The notes below the pieces were generated by a model. The model was not told the origin of the DNA, did not search any database, and was given only the letters and a program-made list of their open reading frames with translations. Of a stretch of DNA of 64,000 bases, positions 31,034 through 42,234 are shown in pieces. The position numbers were made by a program, and so were the translations under genes. This DNA comes from an uncultured candidate division Zixibacteria bacterium (GTDB lineage: Bacteria; Zixibacteria; MSB-5A5; UBA10806), in assembly GCA_963801605.1 (NCBI GenBank), contig CAWDFP010000011.1:1-64000 (forward strand), read 5' to 3'. The number at the start of each line of letters is the position of its first letter. Within the stretch, counting starts at the first letter, position 1.

Positions 31034-31144
31034 GTTGGCCGCGAGCGAGCACGATCTTTCGCGGCTTTATTATATCTGTGCAGTCGGGTCCCCGAACCCA
31101 ACGCCACAGAAACGAGAACTTAAACGAAAATAGGGAAATCTACA

Positions 31145-32209
31145 ATGAATTTGATAAATCTGGGTTGGAATCAGTTTTTCGAAAAACAATTCGAACCATA
31201 CAAACCTCAAAACCTGATACCCGCTCGTATCGCCCGCGAGCATAAAAATATCTATATTGTTCTCGATCAGGACGGCGAGATGCTGGCCGAGGTCTCCGGC
31301 AAGTTCAGACATCTGGCCAATAGCAAAGGCGGCTTTCCCGCAGTCGGAGATTGGGTGGGACTCACCAGGCGCGATGACAATCGGGCCACAATCCATGCGC
31401 TCCTTCCGCGGCAAAGCGCCTTCGTTCGCAAGGTCGCCGGAGTGGAAACCGAGGAGCAAGTCGTGGCGGCCAATATCGATACTATCTTTATCGTTTGCGG
31501 TCTTGATAGCAATTACCGCCTTAGGCGGATCGAACGTTACCTGACATTGGCCTGGGAAAGCGGGGCCGTGCCGGTCATCCTGCTAAATAAAAGCGATATT
31601 TGCAGGGATCTCTCTCTACGCATCTCCGAGGTTGAAACCCTGGCTATTGGAGTATCCGTTCATGCCATCAGCGCCACAACTGGCGCCGGTCTTGACGCTC
31701 TTAGCCAATATCTCAAGCCGGGCAGGACCGCCGCCTTTCTGGGATCGTCGGGAGTCGGCAAATCAAGTATCATCAATAGTCTGTTAGGTGATGAGCGGCT
31801 GGCTGTTAACGCTGTTAGAGAGGATGATAGCAGAGGCCGTCACACCACCACCAGCCGTGAACTGCTCTTGCTTCCCGATGGCGGTATCGTAATCGATACT
31901 CCCGGTATGCGCGAACTTCAGGTCTGGGGTGATGATGAGGGCTTGCGTCAAACCTTCGATGACATCGAGGCGCTTGGCGTTCAATGCCGTTTCCGTGATT
32001 GCAGCCACCTCAAAGAGCCTGGCTGCGCGGTGCGTGACGCTATCGAAAAAGGGAAACTCGATCCCGATCGTTTCCAGAGCTACCTGAAGTTAAGAAAGGA
32101 ACTTGAATATCTGGCGGCTCGACAGATATTGAAAGCAAATGCAGTCGAGAAACTCAAATGGAAACAGATTTCGCAATATCAGAAGAGCCTGAAGAAATCG
32201 AAGGGATGA
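31145..32209 (+). CDS. rsgA: Ribosome small subunit-dependent GTPase A
   Basis: PAVGDW, LNKSD, GSSGVGKS, GRHTT, DTPG, CRFRDC.H..EPGC. Confidence 0.95.
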   Translation: MNLINLGWNQFFEKQFEPYKPQNLIPARIAREHKNIYIVLDQDGEMLAEVSGKFRHLANSKGGFPAVGDWVGLTRRDDNRATIHALLPRQSAFVRKVAGVETEEQVVAANIDTIFIVCGLDSNYRLRRIERYLTLAWESGAVPVILLNKSDICRDLSLRISEVETLAIGVSVHAISATTGAGLDALSQYLKPGRTAAFLGSSGVGKSSIINSLLGDERLAVNAVREDDSRGRHTTTSRELLLLPDGGIVIDTPGMRELQVWGDDEGLRQTFDDIEALGVQCRFRDCSHLKEPGCAVRDAIEKGKLDPDRFQSYLKLRKELEYLAARQILKANAVEKLKWKQISQYQKSLKKSKG

Positions 32210-32377
32210 CGAAATGCCCCATACATTAATGGATGAGCCGCCTGCTAAAATCGGGCGGCTTTCCATATTCTATTATACTGGGTGACGCCGCGGCCAAACC
32301 TCTTGCATAATCCATTATGACATAATATCTTTCGGTCGTAATGGTTACTAAATTCGTCACCAGGACTACCGCCGATT

Positions 32378-33646
32378 ATGTTCTCCTATAAAAATATTAA
32401 ATTAACCGAATATATTAATCATACTGTCAAGCAAACGTTTATTCTATCGGCCAGTAATGTTGTAACCCGTTTTATGGGGATGGTATTTTATATCATTCTG
32501 GCCCGCTCGCTATCTGTTTCTGATTATGGATTGTTCAGGTATCTGCTTACTATCGCCTCGATGTATGCCCTGCTCTTTATCGGGATTCCAACTGCGCTTA
32601 CCAAATTCCTGGGCGATAAAGATTCGAGTCCCGAACTTAAAACCGAATTTCTTTCGAACTCCCTTTTCTTAAGTATTTTTGCATTTTTGATTTTGACCGT
32701 TGTAGTATATTTATTCGCATCGTATAAAATCCCGCTGCTACTATTTATTTTTGCTTATATGGTTGATCAATACTATATCGGTTTCGCCCGAGGATTACTC
32801 GATTATCTCAAGCTCAACGGTTTCAAGTTGCTTGAAAACGCCTTGCAGCTATCAATCCTCATAGGAGCTTATCTGATTTATAAAGGAGTTTCCTTCAATA
32901 TATCGGTGATCTTTTACTGCTTATCCGGAATAGCGTCGGTAGCAATTTTCGAAATTGTGAAGCCTAATCACAAAATTAAATTGAATCTATCCCTAATAAG
33001 AATTAAGGAAATTGTACGTTATGCCGGCCCTGTTACATTCGGCGCTGTTGGTTGGACTCTGCTATATGGGATCAGCAGTGTCTATATTGAAAATTTCTAC
33101 GGAACCGAACAGGTCGGTTATTTTAGCGTGGGATTAACTTTGATCCAGATTTTCAGCTTTTTACCAGACGCGATATTTACGATCCTGATGCCCAAAGCTG
33201 CCGGCCTTTCGGATAGGCGCAAAATCCAACGGCCTTTGCGATTAGCTGTTTTGGCCTGCCTGGCGTCTTCTGTTCTAATTCTTATTCCGCTTTATTTGTT
33301 TAGAGTCCAAATCGTAAGTATACTTTTTTCGGCGAAATATCTGCCGTCCGTAATAATTATATTGCCCTTGACCCTCGCTCAGGTATTCCTGGTAATTTAC
33401 CAAATTTACGGCACTGCCTGGCAGGGATTCGGCAAACCCGGTTTTACCTCGGCTATTATCGCCATCGCCGCTGGAATTAATATCGTGGTCGGCTTTTTTA
33501 TGATAAAAAGCTATGGGATTTTCGGAGCTTCCTTGTCTCTGGCAATTTCGTCGATCGCTGCCTGTATTATTACCATCCTGCTCTGGCGCCGATGGGTCAA
33601 GCGCGGAGGTCTGGAAACATCGGAATCCGTTGAGCAAGGAATTTGA
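32378..33646 (+). CDS. Wzx-like oligosaccharide flippase
   Basis: Multi-TM; LARSLSVSDYG, EQVGYFS; adjacent glycosyltransferase. Confidence 0.85.
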   Translation: MFSYKNIKLTEYINHTVKQTFILSASNVVTRFMGMVFYIILARSLSVSDYGLFRYLLTIASMYALLFIGIPTALTKFLGDKDSSPELKTEFLSNSLFLSIFAFLILTVVVYLFASYKIPLLLFIFAYMVDQYYIGFARGLLDYLKLNGFKLLENALQLSILIGAYLIYKGVSFNISVIFYCLSGIASVAIFEIVKPNHKIKLNLSLIRIKEIVRYAGPVTFGAVGWTLLYGISSVYIENFYGTEQVGYFSVGLTLIQIFSFLPDAIFTILMPKAAGLSDRRKIQRPLRLAVLACLASSVLILIPLYLFRVQIVSILFSAKYLPSVIIILPLTLAQVFLVIYQIYGTAWQGFGKPGFTSAIIAIAAGINIVVGFFMIKSYGIFGASLSLAISSIAACIITILLWRRWVKRGGLETSESVEQGI

Positions 33647-33647
33647 T

Positions 33648-34850
33648 ATGTATTTTATAGTGCGGACTAAATCGGCCATAAATTCCGTAATTAAATTTTG
33701 GATCCATCTCTTTGGTTCGATTTTTATCAGACCCTTTATCGGCAAACCCGATTTTCAAAAACTCGATCCGCAGAAACCCTATAAGATTCTATATGTTTGT
33801 CTCGCCTTTCGAGGCGACCTGGTAGTCAATTTCCCGGCGATTAACGCGATCAAAAGCCATTTCCCCAATTCCAAAATAACTTGCTGGCTGCACGATTATA
33901 ATGAACCACTGGCCAGATTGATTCCTGCCGTAGATAATGTCATTTCCTACGGTGATTCCGGCCGTAGCGCCATCAGTTTATTCTTAGAATTCCTTAGAGG
34001 GACCAAGCATTCGCCTTTTTTGCAGAAACTGAAGGAATTCGATTTATACATCGACGATTCCGGTTATTCATATACAGCGCTGGCCGGATTTCGCTCTAAA
34101 ATTCCTTACCGAATCGGTAGGAATTTTCAGGGATTTGGCTTTCTTAATCATCGTGAATTCCCCCTCGATTTTAACGTACAGCTTATCGAACGTCGATTGA
34201 AACTTCTCCAGCCCTTTGGCCTAAAATTATCCTTGAAAGATATTCCCAAGCCATATATGAAAATTAGCCCGGAGATTATTACCGCCGCCCGAACAAAATT
34301 TGGCATTTCAAGTAGCGACTATTTTGCAGTTCAGCCCTTTGCCGGATGGGAGGCGAAAAATTGGGGTCTCGATAAATATTGCCAGGTGACCCGGGAATTC
34401 TCGATTTTTAGCGGTCTATTGCCAGTCTTTATCGGATCGCCTGCGGAACAGCCGCTCATCAAGGAATCGCTTTCGCGCCTTGAATTGAATGCGGTTAATA
34501 TCGCCGGATTAGCCAGTTTGGATGAATCCACCGCAATCATCGCTGGAAGCCGATTCTATTTCGGTCCCGATTCAATTGGCAATCATCTTGCCATTGCGCT
34601 TGGCATCAAAAGTTTGACGATGTTTGGCCCAACTCATCCGACTCTCAGCTCTTATCTGGGAGGAGTAAATATCGGAATCCGCAAAATTACTCGATGCACT
34701 CCGGGGCCGGGGCAGGCTTACTGTTGTATCGATGGCGGCCGTAGTTGCCGTCATAATGTCTGCATGATTGAGCTTCGCCAGGAGGATGTTCTTGAAACCC
34801 TTCGACAGCATTGGTCCGGCGAAAAACTGCCGATTGTGGTAGAATTTTAG
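33648..34850 (+). CDS. Glycosyltransferase family 9 (heptosyltransferase-like)
   Basis: GDLVV..P, AKNW, DS..NHLA.ALG....MFGPT, Cys-rich C-terminus. Confidence 0.88.
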   Translation: MYFIVRTKSAINSVIKFWIHLFGSIFIRPFIGKPDFQKLDPQKPYKILYVCLAFRGDLVVNFPAINAIKSHFPNSKITCWLHDYNEPLARLIPAVDNVISYGDSGRSAISLFLEFLRGTKHSPFLQKLKEFDLYIDDSGYSYTALAGFRSKIPYRIGRNFQGFGFLNHREFPLDFNVQLIERRLKLLQPFGLKLSLKDIPKPYMKISPEIITAARTKFGISSSDYFAVQPFAGWEAKNWGLDKYCQVTREFSIFSGLLPVFIGSPAEQPLIKESLSRLELNAVNIAGLASLDESTAIIAGSRFYFGPDSIGNHLAIALGIKSLTMFGPTHPTLSSYLGGVNIGIRKITRCTPGPGQAYCCIDGGRSCRHNVCMIELRQEDVLETLRQHWSGEKLPIVVEF

Positions 34851-35018
34851 CATTCTACTAAATTCCGAAAATGCTTTCATATTCGGTCGTCTTTTCAATC
34901 GAAACCAGGCGAATTCTGCTCCTCAGATAACCTTAACCATATTTCTATCTCCATATATCTCAAAGCCCTAAAAAGAGTTTGCCTATAGGTGAGGCATTGC
35001 TTATAATTTGTGGCTATA

Positions 35019-35717
35019 ATGGGCACGAGTCAAATTGCTCGTAATATCGAGTTGGTCAGGCAAAAGCTCGAAAAGCGTTGCCAGAGCCTGGAGCGGGATG
35101 CCTCCGGCGTTACCGTTGTCGGCATCACCAAGACTTTTCCGGCTCAGGCAGCCATCGAGGGCCTCAAAGCGGGGCTGATCAACCTTGGAGAAAATAAGGT
35201 CCAGGAAGCGCTCGAAAAGATACCGTTAATCGAACCTCGACCGATCTGGCATCTGGTTGGTCACCTTCAAAAAAACAAGGTGAAAAAGGCGGTCGAACTT
35301 TTCGATATAATTCAATCCGTGGATAGCGTTGAACTGGCCAGATCGATTTCGGAAAAAGCCGGGCAGGTTGGAAAAAAAATGACGATTTACCTTCAGGTCA
35401 ACTCATCGGATGAACCGCAGAAGAGTGGATTTGAACCAACCGAAATCCTGAAAGTGATCGATGAAGTCAAATCGCTGCCCAACCTGGCTATCACCGGTTT
35501 GATGACAATCGGACCGTTGACCGAGGACCTAAAAAAAATCGAAAAGAGTTTTGCCCTGACCCAAAAACTATTCGAACAGATCCGGACGATGATCGGAAGC
35601 GGCTTCGAAAAGCTATCGATGGGAATGTCGGGCGACTACGAATTGGCATTGAATTACGGGGCTAATGTACTTAGAATTGGAACCGCCATTTTTGGCGTGA
35701 GAAGAACTGATAAATAG
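35019..35717 (+). CDS. yggS: PLP homeostasis protein YggS
   Basis: GENKVQE, WHLVGHLQKNKVK, GLMTI, LSMGMSGDY, RIGTAIFG. Confidence 0.95.
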   Translation: MGTSQIARNIELVRQKLEKRCQSLERDASGVTVVGITKTFPAQAAIEGLKAGLINLGENKVQEALEKIPLIEPRPIWHLVGHLQKNKVKKAVELFDIIQSVDSVELARSISEKAGQVGKKMTIYLQVNSSDEPQKSGFEPTEILKVIDEVKSLPNLAITGLMTIGPLTEDLKKIEKSFALTQKLFEQIRTMIGSGFEKLSMGMSGDYELALNYGANVLRIGTAIFGVRRTDK

Positions 35718-35725
35718 GAGGCGCG

Positions 35726-36332
35726 GTGAAGATATCTCCATTAGATATCAAAAAGCAGGAGTTCGCCGTCAAATTCAGAGGTTATTCACCCGACGAGGTG
35801 CATGCTTACCTCGATATGATATCCGCTGAACTCGAAGACGCTCTCAGGAAGAATCTCGAGCTGGAGCAGAAAGTTGCCTCGCAGCAGGAACGCCTGACCA
35901 GCTACAGCCGGATGGAAACTGTTCTGCATGAGACTCTGGTTACCACTCAAAAGGCAGCCGAGGAAACCAAGGTAGCGGCCGAGCGCAAAGCCGAGGCTAT
36001 CATCGCCGAGGCCAATCTTGCCGCTCAGCGAATAACCAATGAGACCAATGAGAAACTGGTCAAGATCCAACGAGAGATTGTTGAACTCACCAATCAGAAG
36101 GATTCACTTCTGGTGAGTTTCAGGTCTCTGCTTGAAACCCAGCTATCGCTTTTGGATTCGATGGAAAAACGTCAGAAGAGCCACTGAGGAATTTGTCCCA
36201 ATCAAGAAGAAAAATGATTTAAGCGATGATGAATTAGAAGCTATCGTCGATGAGTTTGAGCGTAAACTCGCCAGCGAAAAAAGCGTCAATCGTCGGGCCG
36301 ATTCCGAGCCGAGGAGAAACGATGGAAATTAA
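35726..36332 (+). CDS. divIVA: DivIVA domain protein; C-terminus probably +1 frameshifted near 36175
   Basis: ISPLDIKKQEF..KFRGY...EV then coiled coil; the +1 frame continues to a stop overlapping the next start. Confidence 0.85.
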
Positions 36333-37146
36333 GACTCAACTTAAAGAGACTGTAGATTGTATCAGGGGCTTTACCAAAGCCTCGCCGGCTATCGGGATTA
36401 TTCTGGGAACCGGATTGGGCGCTTTAGCCGATGAGATTCAGAAAGAGACCGTGATTCCTTATGAGAAAATCACTCATTTTCCGGTGAGCACGGTGGAATC
36501 GCATGCGGGCAAGCTTCTGTTCGGCAAACTTGGTGGACGGGATATCGTAGCAATGCAGGGGAGGTTCCATTACTACGAGGGCTACACGCTGCAGCAGGTG
36601 ACCTACCCCGTGCGCGTACTGAAAGAGCTTGGAGTAAAAATATTGATTGTCTCTAACGCTTGCGGTGGTATGAACCCGCAATTTAACCTGGGTGAACTGG
36701 TTCTGATTACAGATCATATTAATCTTCAAGGAACCAACCCGCTCATAGGTCACAACGATGATAAAATGGGCGCGAGATTTCCCGATATGTTCAATTGCTA
36801 CGACAAGGAGCTTCGCAACTTGGCGGAAGCGGTTGCCCTGGAGGAGAAGGTACCCTTGCAGAAAGGCGTCTATGTAGCTGTCTCCGGCCCGACATTCGAG
36901 ACCGCGGCAGAGTATCGTATGTTCCGCGCTATCGGAGGCGATATGGTTGGCATGTCAACCGTGCCCGAGGTTATCGTGGCGCGCCATCAGGGAACTAAGG
37001 TGCTTGGATTCTCGCTTGTAACCGATATGGGTCTTCCCGATGCTATGGAGCCGTGCAGTCATGAGAGAGTCATGGCCGCGGCCAACAAAGCTGAACCCAA
37101 GCTGACTAAATTGGTAAAAAAGATTGTAGAGAGGATGAACGCTTAA
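36322..37146 (+). CDS. punA: Purine-nucleoside phosphorylase (trimeric type)
   Basis: ILGTGLG, QGRFHYYEG, GPTFET.AE, VGMSTVPE. Confidence 0.93.
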   Translation: MEIKTQLKETVDCIRGFTKASPAIGIILGTGLGALADEIQKETVIPYEKITHFPVSTVESHAGKLLFGKLGGRDIVAMQGRFHYYEGYTLQQVTYPVRVLKELGVKILIVSNACGGMNPQFNLGELVLITDHINLQGTNPLIGHNDDKMGARFPDMFNCYDKELRNLAEAVALEEKVPLQKGVYVAVSGPTFETAAEYRMFRAIGGDMVGMSTVPEVIVARHQGTKVLGFSLVTDMGLPDAMEPCSHERVMAAANKAEPKLTKLVKKIVERMNA

Positions 37147-37152
37147 GTAGCC

Positions 37153-40100
37153 ATGTCTGAGCTTTATAAAAAGATTGAAGGCGAATTTGACGCCGCCGCC
37201 CGCGAGAATGAGGTCAGCCGCTTCTGGGACGATAAAGCCATTTTTCGGGAATCAATAAAACAGCGCTCCAACGGCCAGCGCTATATATTTTACGAGGGGC
37301 CGCCCACTGCCAACGGTTTGCCGCATATCGGTCATGCTTTGGCTCGCACCATCAAGGACAGTATCTGCCGCTACAAGACGATGAAAGGTTTCCTTGTGGA
37401 GCGCAAGGCAGGTTGGGACACTCACGGCCTGCCGGTCGAGCTTGAGGTTGAAAAGCTTCTCGGTATCACGACCAAAGATGAAATCGAAAAGCTGGGAATC
37501 GAAAAATTCAACGCCGAATGCAAACGCTCAGTCTTCAAGTATAAAGCTCAATGGGATGAGTTCACTCGCAGGCTTGGGTATTGGATAGATTTATCCAATC
37601 CCTATATTACCTATACCAACGATTATATCGAATCCGTTTGGAGTATCTTAAAGCGTTTCTGGGAAGCTGAGCTTCTCTATAAAGGTTTCAAGATTCTTCC
37701 CTGGTGCCCTCGCTGCGAGACGGCGCTCTCGTCTCATGAGGTGGCGCAAGGATACAAGCCGGTTTCGGATCCCATCTGTTTTCGTTACCATGAAAGTGAA
37801 GGGATCATCCGATACTTACTTCCTGGTCTGGACCACTACTCCCTGGACGCTTCTTTCGAATGTAGCGTTGGCGCTCAATCCAAACGAAAATTACGTAACG
37901 GTTCAATACGGTGATAAAAAACTCATCCTGGCTGAACCGCGGTTAGGTATTCTTAAAGACGAATATCAAATTCTCGGGAGTAAAAAAGGTCAGGAATACT
38001 ACGGTACGAAGTACGAACCGCTTTATAATTACATGCCCGTGGAAAAGGGCCATTATGCGGTCACCGCGGATTTTGTAACTATGGATGACGGCTCCGGTAT
38101 CGTTCATATCGCCCCGGCTTTTGGCGCCGACGATTACGATATCGGAATGAAAGAGGGTCTATCGGTTGTTCAGGCAGTTAATATCGAGGGTAATTTTGTA
38201 CCGGAGGTTACTCCCTGGGCCGGATGGTTTGTCAAGAAGGCCGATCCTCAAATTATAAAGGATCTCGAAAAGCGCGGACTGCTTTTATTTTCCACGCTCT
38301 ATACGCACGACTACCCATTTTGCTGGCGCTGCGATTCACCGCTCCTTTACTATGCGCGGTCCTCGTGGTTTATCAAAACCACCGCCATCAAAGATAAGAT
38401 GATCGCGGAGAACAATAAAATCGCCTGGTATCCTCCGGAAGTTGGTCAGGGACGGTTCGGCGAGTGGCTTGAAAATAATATCGATTGGGCGCTTTCCCGT
38501 GAGCGCTATTGGGGCACTCCTCTGCCGGTTTGGATTTGCGAGAGCTGCGAGAAACAGCATTGTATCGGTTCAATCGAGGAATTGCTTAAAAAAGCTGTTG
38601 ATCCTGATGCCGCCAGGGCCGCCCTGGGAGATCCGATAGATATTCATCGGCCTTTTATTGACAAAGTTCAAATCAAATGCCCGCATTGCGGCGGGGTTAT
38701 GAGCCGCGTAACCGAGGTTATCGATGCCTGGTTCGATTCAGGCTCTATGCCTTACGGTCAAGTGCATTATCCCTTTGAACATAAAGACGATTTTGAGACC
38801 AAGCATTTCCCGGCGGAATTAATCGCCGAGGGTTTAGATCAGACACGCGGCTGGTTTTATTCGATGCTGGCAATTTCGACTTTTATCTCCGGCCGTTCCT
38901 GTTATAAAAGCTGCATCGTCAATAATCTGGTACTGGACCCCGAGGGCATTAAGATGTCCAAGCGGCTGGGCAATGTCATCGATCCCATGCAGTTTATCGA
39001 AAAACATGGGGCCGACGCTGTTAGATGGTATCTCGTAAGCTCATCGCAGGTTTGGCTTCCCAAACGCTTTGAAGTTGAATCGCTGATCGAAATAATGCGG
39101 CGTTTTTTCTCGACGCTTCTGAATACATATTCATTTTTTGCACTTTACGCCAATATCGATAAATTTAAGCCGTCGAATTCAAATTCCGATATCTCCAACA
39201 GACCTCTCAGTGATCGCTGGATCATTTCCCGTCTTAATACGTTAATCGCTGAGGTCGAAAAATCATTTTCGGAAAATGATCTTACACGCTGCACCAGGGC
39301 CATCGCCGATTTTACGGTTGACGACTTATCCAATTGGTATGTCAGACGCAGCCGCCGCCGTTTCTGGGGCTCCGATGATGAATCCGACAAAAATGCCGCT
39401 TACCAGACTCTTTTCGATTGTATTCTGACCGTTACTAAACTTATGGCTCCGGTAGCGCCATTTCTCGCGGAATATATATATTGTCGATTGACCGAAAATC
39501 TGTCCGATTTTCCTGAGTCAGTGCATCTGTGCGAATTCCCCAAAGTCGACGAGGATCGCATAATCAAGCGGATTGAGGATGAAATGGCGATGGCGCGCAC
39601 GGCGGTTGAGCTTGGCCGCTCCGCCCGCAAAGATTCGAAGATCAAAGTCAGACAACCGCTGTCGCGGTTGGTGGCCGTGGGACTCAATCACCCCGAGCAG
39701 GAAATGCTGCGTACATTGGAATCGATCGTTTTGGATGAGCTTAATGCCAAACGCCTCGATTTTGATAATAAAGATGAAGCTTACTTCTCGCTAAAGGCCG
39801 ATCCCGAATTCAAAAGCATCGGTCCTAAATTTGGTCCCCGGGCCTCCGAAATTGCCGTCAAAATAAAAGGTTTGACTCGCGAACAAATTGTAAAGCTTCA
39901 AATCGAGGGGCAATTGGTTGTCAGCGATGACGACCGTCCGGTTTCAATTGAGCTCTCCGATGTTAAAATCAAAATTATACCGGTTGACGGTTACTCCGTG
40001 AGTTCGGATGGTCATCTTAAGGTGGTATTGGACCTGACGCTTAATGATGACCTGATTGCCGAGGGCAACGCCAGAGAACTCGTCAATAAAATTCAAAATC

Positions 40101-40309
40101 TGCGTAAAAGTTCCGGTCTGGATGTCACGGATCGAATTACGCTTAGCATATCCACGAATAGCGAAACCGCCAAGGCGCTTGCGAAGTTTTCAGAGTATAT
40201 AAAATCGGAGACATTGGCGGAGAGACTGGTAGATACCGGAGATTTAAAGCACACTCAGGAGTTCGATCTGAGCGGCTCCAAAACTGTTATTGCATTAGAG
40301 CGGATTTAA
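37153..40309 (+). CDS. ileS: Isoleucine-tRNA ligase (type 2), +1 frameshift near 37772
   Basis: [42 protein letters not shown]; long C-terminus without the type-1 zinc finger. Confidence 0.95.
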
Positions 40310-40338
40310 TTGTATATATCGGTCCGGAGGATGTAGGA

Positions 40339-40719
40339 ATGAATAAGAAAGAACTGGAAAAATACGAAAAGCTTCTCCTGGAGAAGCGCGGCGAGCTATT
40401 GGAAGAGTTCGGACATCTGAAAAAAGCCGTCATGGATAATACCATCAAGGAGAATACCGGTGAGCTCTCGTCCTACACCTACCACATGGCCGATCTTGGC
40501 ACCGACTCCATGGAACGCGAAAAGCAATTCCTGATGGCCTCCAAGCAGGGACGACTCCTTTATCATATCGATGAAGCTTTGCGCCGAATCCACAGTAACA
40601 CTTACGGAAATTGCGTTGAGTGCGGCAAGCCGATTTCGCCGGAAAGACTTCAAGCGGTTCCTCATGCCAGGATGTGTATAAAGTGCAAGGAGGCGGAAGA
40701 GCAGAAGAAGGCCAAGTAG
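40339..40719 (+). CDS. TraR/DksA C4 zinc-finger protein
   Basis: HMADLGTD, YGNCVECG..I..ERL...P.ARMCIKC. Confidence 0.92.
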   Translation: MNKKELEKYEKLLLEKRGELLEEFGHLKKAVMDNTIKENTGELSSYTYHMADLGTDSMEREKQFLMASKQGRLLYHIDEALRRIHSNTYGNCVECGKPISPERLQAVPHARMCIKCKEAEEQKKAK

Positions 40720-40730
40720 TGGGACAAGTC

Positions 40731-41264
40731 ATGCGTCGTAAAAGCCTTCTTTGTTATCTGGGGATTTCTTTAGTTATAGTTGCCGCCGATCAGATTTCCA
40801 AGCTTCTGATCGAAAATCATCTAAAAGAAAATCAGTCGGTCTCTGTAATCGGAGACCTTTTAAATTTCCATTTCATTTACAACCAGGGCGGGGCTATGGG
40901 CACCAGCGTTGGGCCGTCGTGGGTCTATGCCATCCTGACGATTGCCGCGCTTGGCCTGATTATCAGATATTTTACCAGCCCGCAATCCGATGGCGCCTTC
41001 GTCAAACTCTCGCTGGCGATGATACTCGGAGGAGCGGTCGGAAATCTAATCGATAGATTGCGCCAGGGAAAGGTTATCGATTTCATCGATATGGACATTC
41101 CCGATATCGGCTTTTTGCATCTTTATCGCTGGTTCACTTTTAATATTGCCGATGCCGCCATTACTGTCGGTTTGATTTTATTCGCCATAAGTATTCTATT
41201 TCCCAAGAAGCCTCAGGATAATGGCGACGCTAACATGCCGGAGCCTCAAGTTCCGGAGGTCTAA
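40731..41264 (+). CDS. lspA: Signal peptidase II
   Basis: DQISK, GGAVGNLIDR, VIDFID, FNIADAA. Confidence 0.95.
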   Translation: MRRKSLLCYLGISLVIVAADQISKLLIENHLKENQSVSVIGDLLNFHFIYNQGGAMGTSVGPSWVYAILTIAALGLIIRYFTSPQSDGAFVKLSLAMILGGAVGNLIDRLRQGKVIDFIDMDIPDIGFLHLYRWFTFNIADAAITVGLILFAISILFPKKPQDNGDANMPEPQVPEV

Positions 41265-41265
41265 T

Positions 41266-42234
41266 TTGACTCCCCAAAAACTCAAGCTTATCGTTCCCGA
41301 TGATCTCGCCGGTGAGCGGCTTGATATTTTCTGCTCTCGAAAAGTCGCCGATCGCACCCGCAGCTATTTCACCAAGCTCGCTGCCGCCGGTCATATCAGT
41401 GTCGATGGTAAAATCGCCAAGCCTGCTCTGAAGATGAAGCCGGGAATGAAAGTTGAAATCGAAATTGTGCCTCCGCCTCCACTTGAAGCTAAGCCTGAGG
41501 ATATACCGCTTACTATCGTTTATGAGGATGATCGAATTCTTATCATCGATAAGCCGCCCGATATGGTTGTTCATCCGGCTGCCGGTAATTATGAAGGGAC
41601 CCTGGTGAACGCTATCTTGTATCATCTTGGCAGGAGCCCGAATTTAGATTCCACCAGGTTGGGCCTGGTTCACCGACTCGATAAGGATACATCGGGGTTG
41701 CTCGTGGTAGCCAAGGATGAGCGGGCATTGGCCTATCTGCAAACCAAATTAAAAGAGCGCGCAATAAGCCGTTTATATAAGGCTCTGGTTTGGGGAAATA
41801 TCGAACCCCAGGCTGGCAAGATTGATCTTCCCATTGGACGCAGCGAACGCGACCGAAAAGTGATGACAGTCAATCCTCGTCATGGACGATCCGCCGTTAC
41901 TCACTACGAACTGATCGAGAGGTTCAAATTCGCTGATTTTTTACGTCTGAAACTCGAAACGGGACGCACCCATCAGATCCGCGTTCATCTTTCGCATTAT
42001 GGTCATCCGATTATCGGCGACCCCACCTATGGGGGACGATCCAAATATCTCCGACGTTTAACCAAAAACGAATTATCTTATGCCACCGGAATATTGGGCA
42101 TTTTGGATCGCCAGGCTCTGCATGCATTTCAATTGGAGCTGCCTCATCCCGATGACGAAAGGCCGATGAAATTCGAATCTAAATTGCCCGATGATTTTAT
42201 GAAGGCGCTGGAATATTTGCGAACAGCGAAATGA
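41266..42234 (+). CDS. RluA/RluD family pseudouridine synthase
   Basis: S4 domain, VHRLDKDTSG, TGRTHQIRVH, RQALHA. Confidence 0.93.
   Translation: MTPQKLKLIVPDDLAGERLDIFCSRKVADRTRSYFTKLAAAGHISVDGKIAKPALKMKPGMKVEIEIVPPPPLEAKPEDIPLTIVYEDDRILIIDKPPDMVVHPAAGNYEGTLVNAILYHLGRSPNLDSTRLGLVHRLDKDTSGLLVVAKDERALAYLQTKLKERAISRLYKALVWGNIEPQAGKIDLPIGRSERDRKVMTVNPRHGRSAVTHYELIERFKFADFLRLKLETGRTHQIRVHLSHYGHPIIGDPTYGGRSKYLRRLTKNELSYATGILGILDRQALHAFQLELPHPDDERPMKFESKLPDDFMKALEYLRTAK

Noticed and set aside
37153..40309. ileS (and glmS, dnaX) as true pseudogenes or split genes
   Set aside because: These are essential genes with intact motifs, each repaired by deleting one base.
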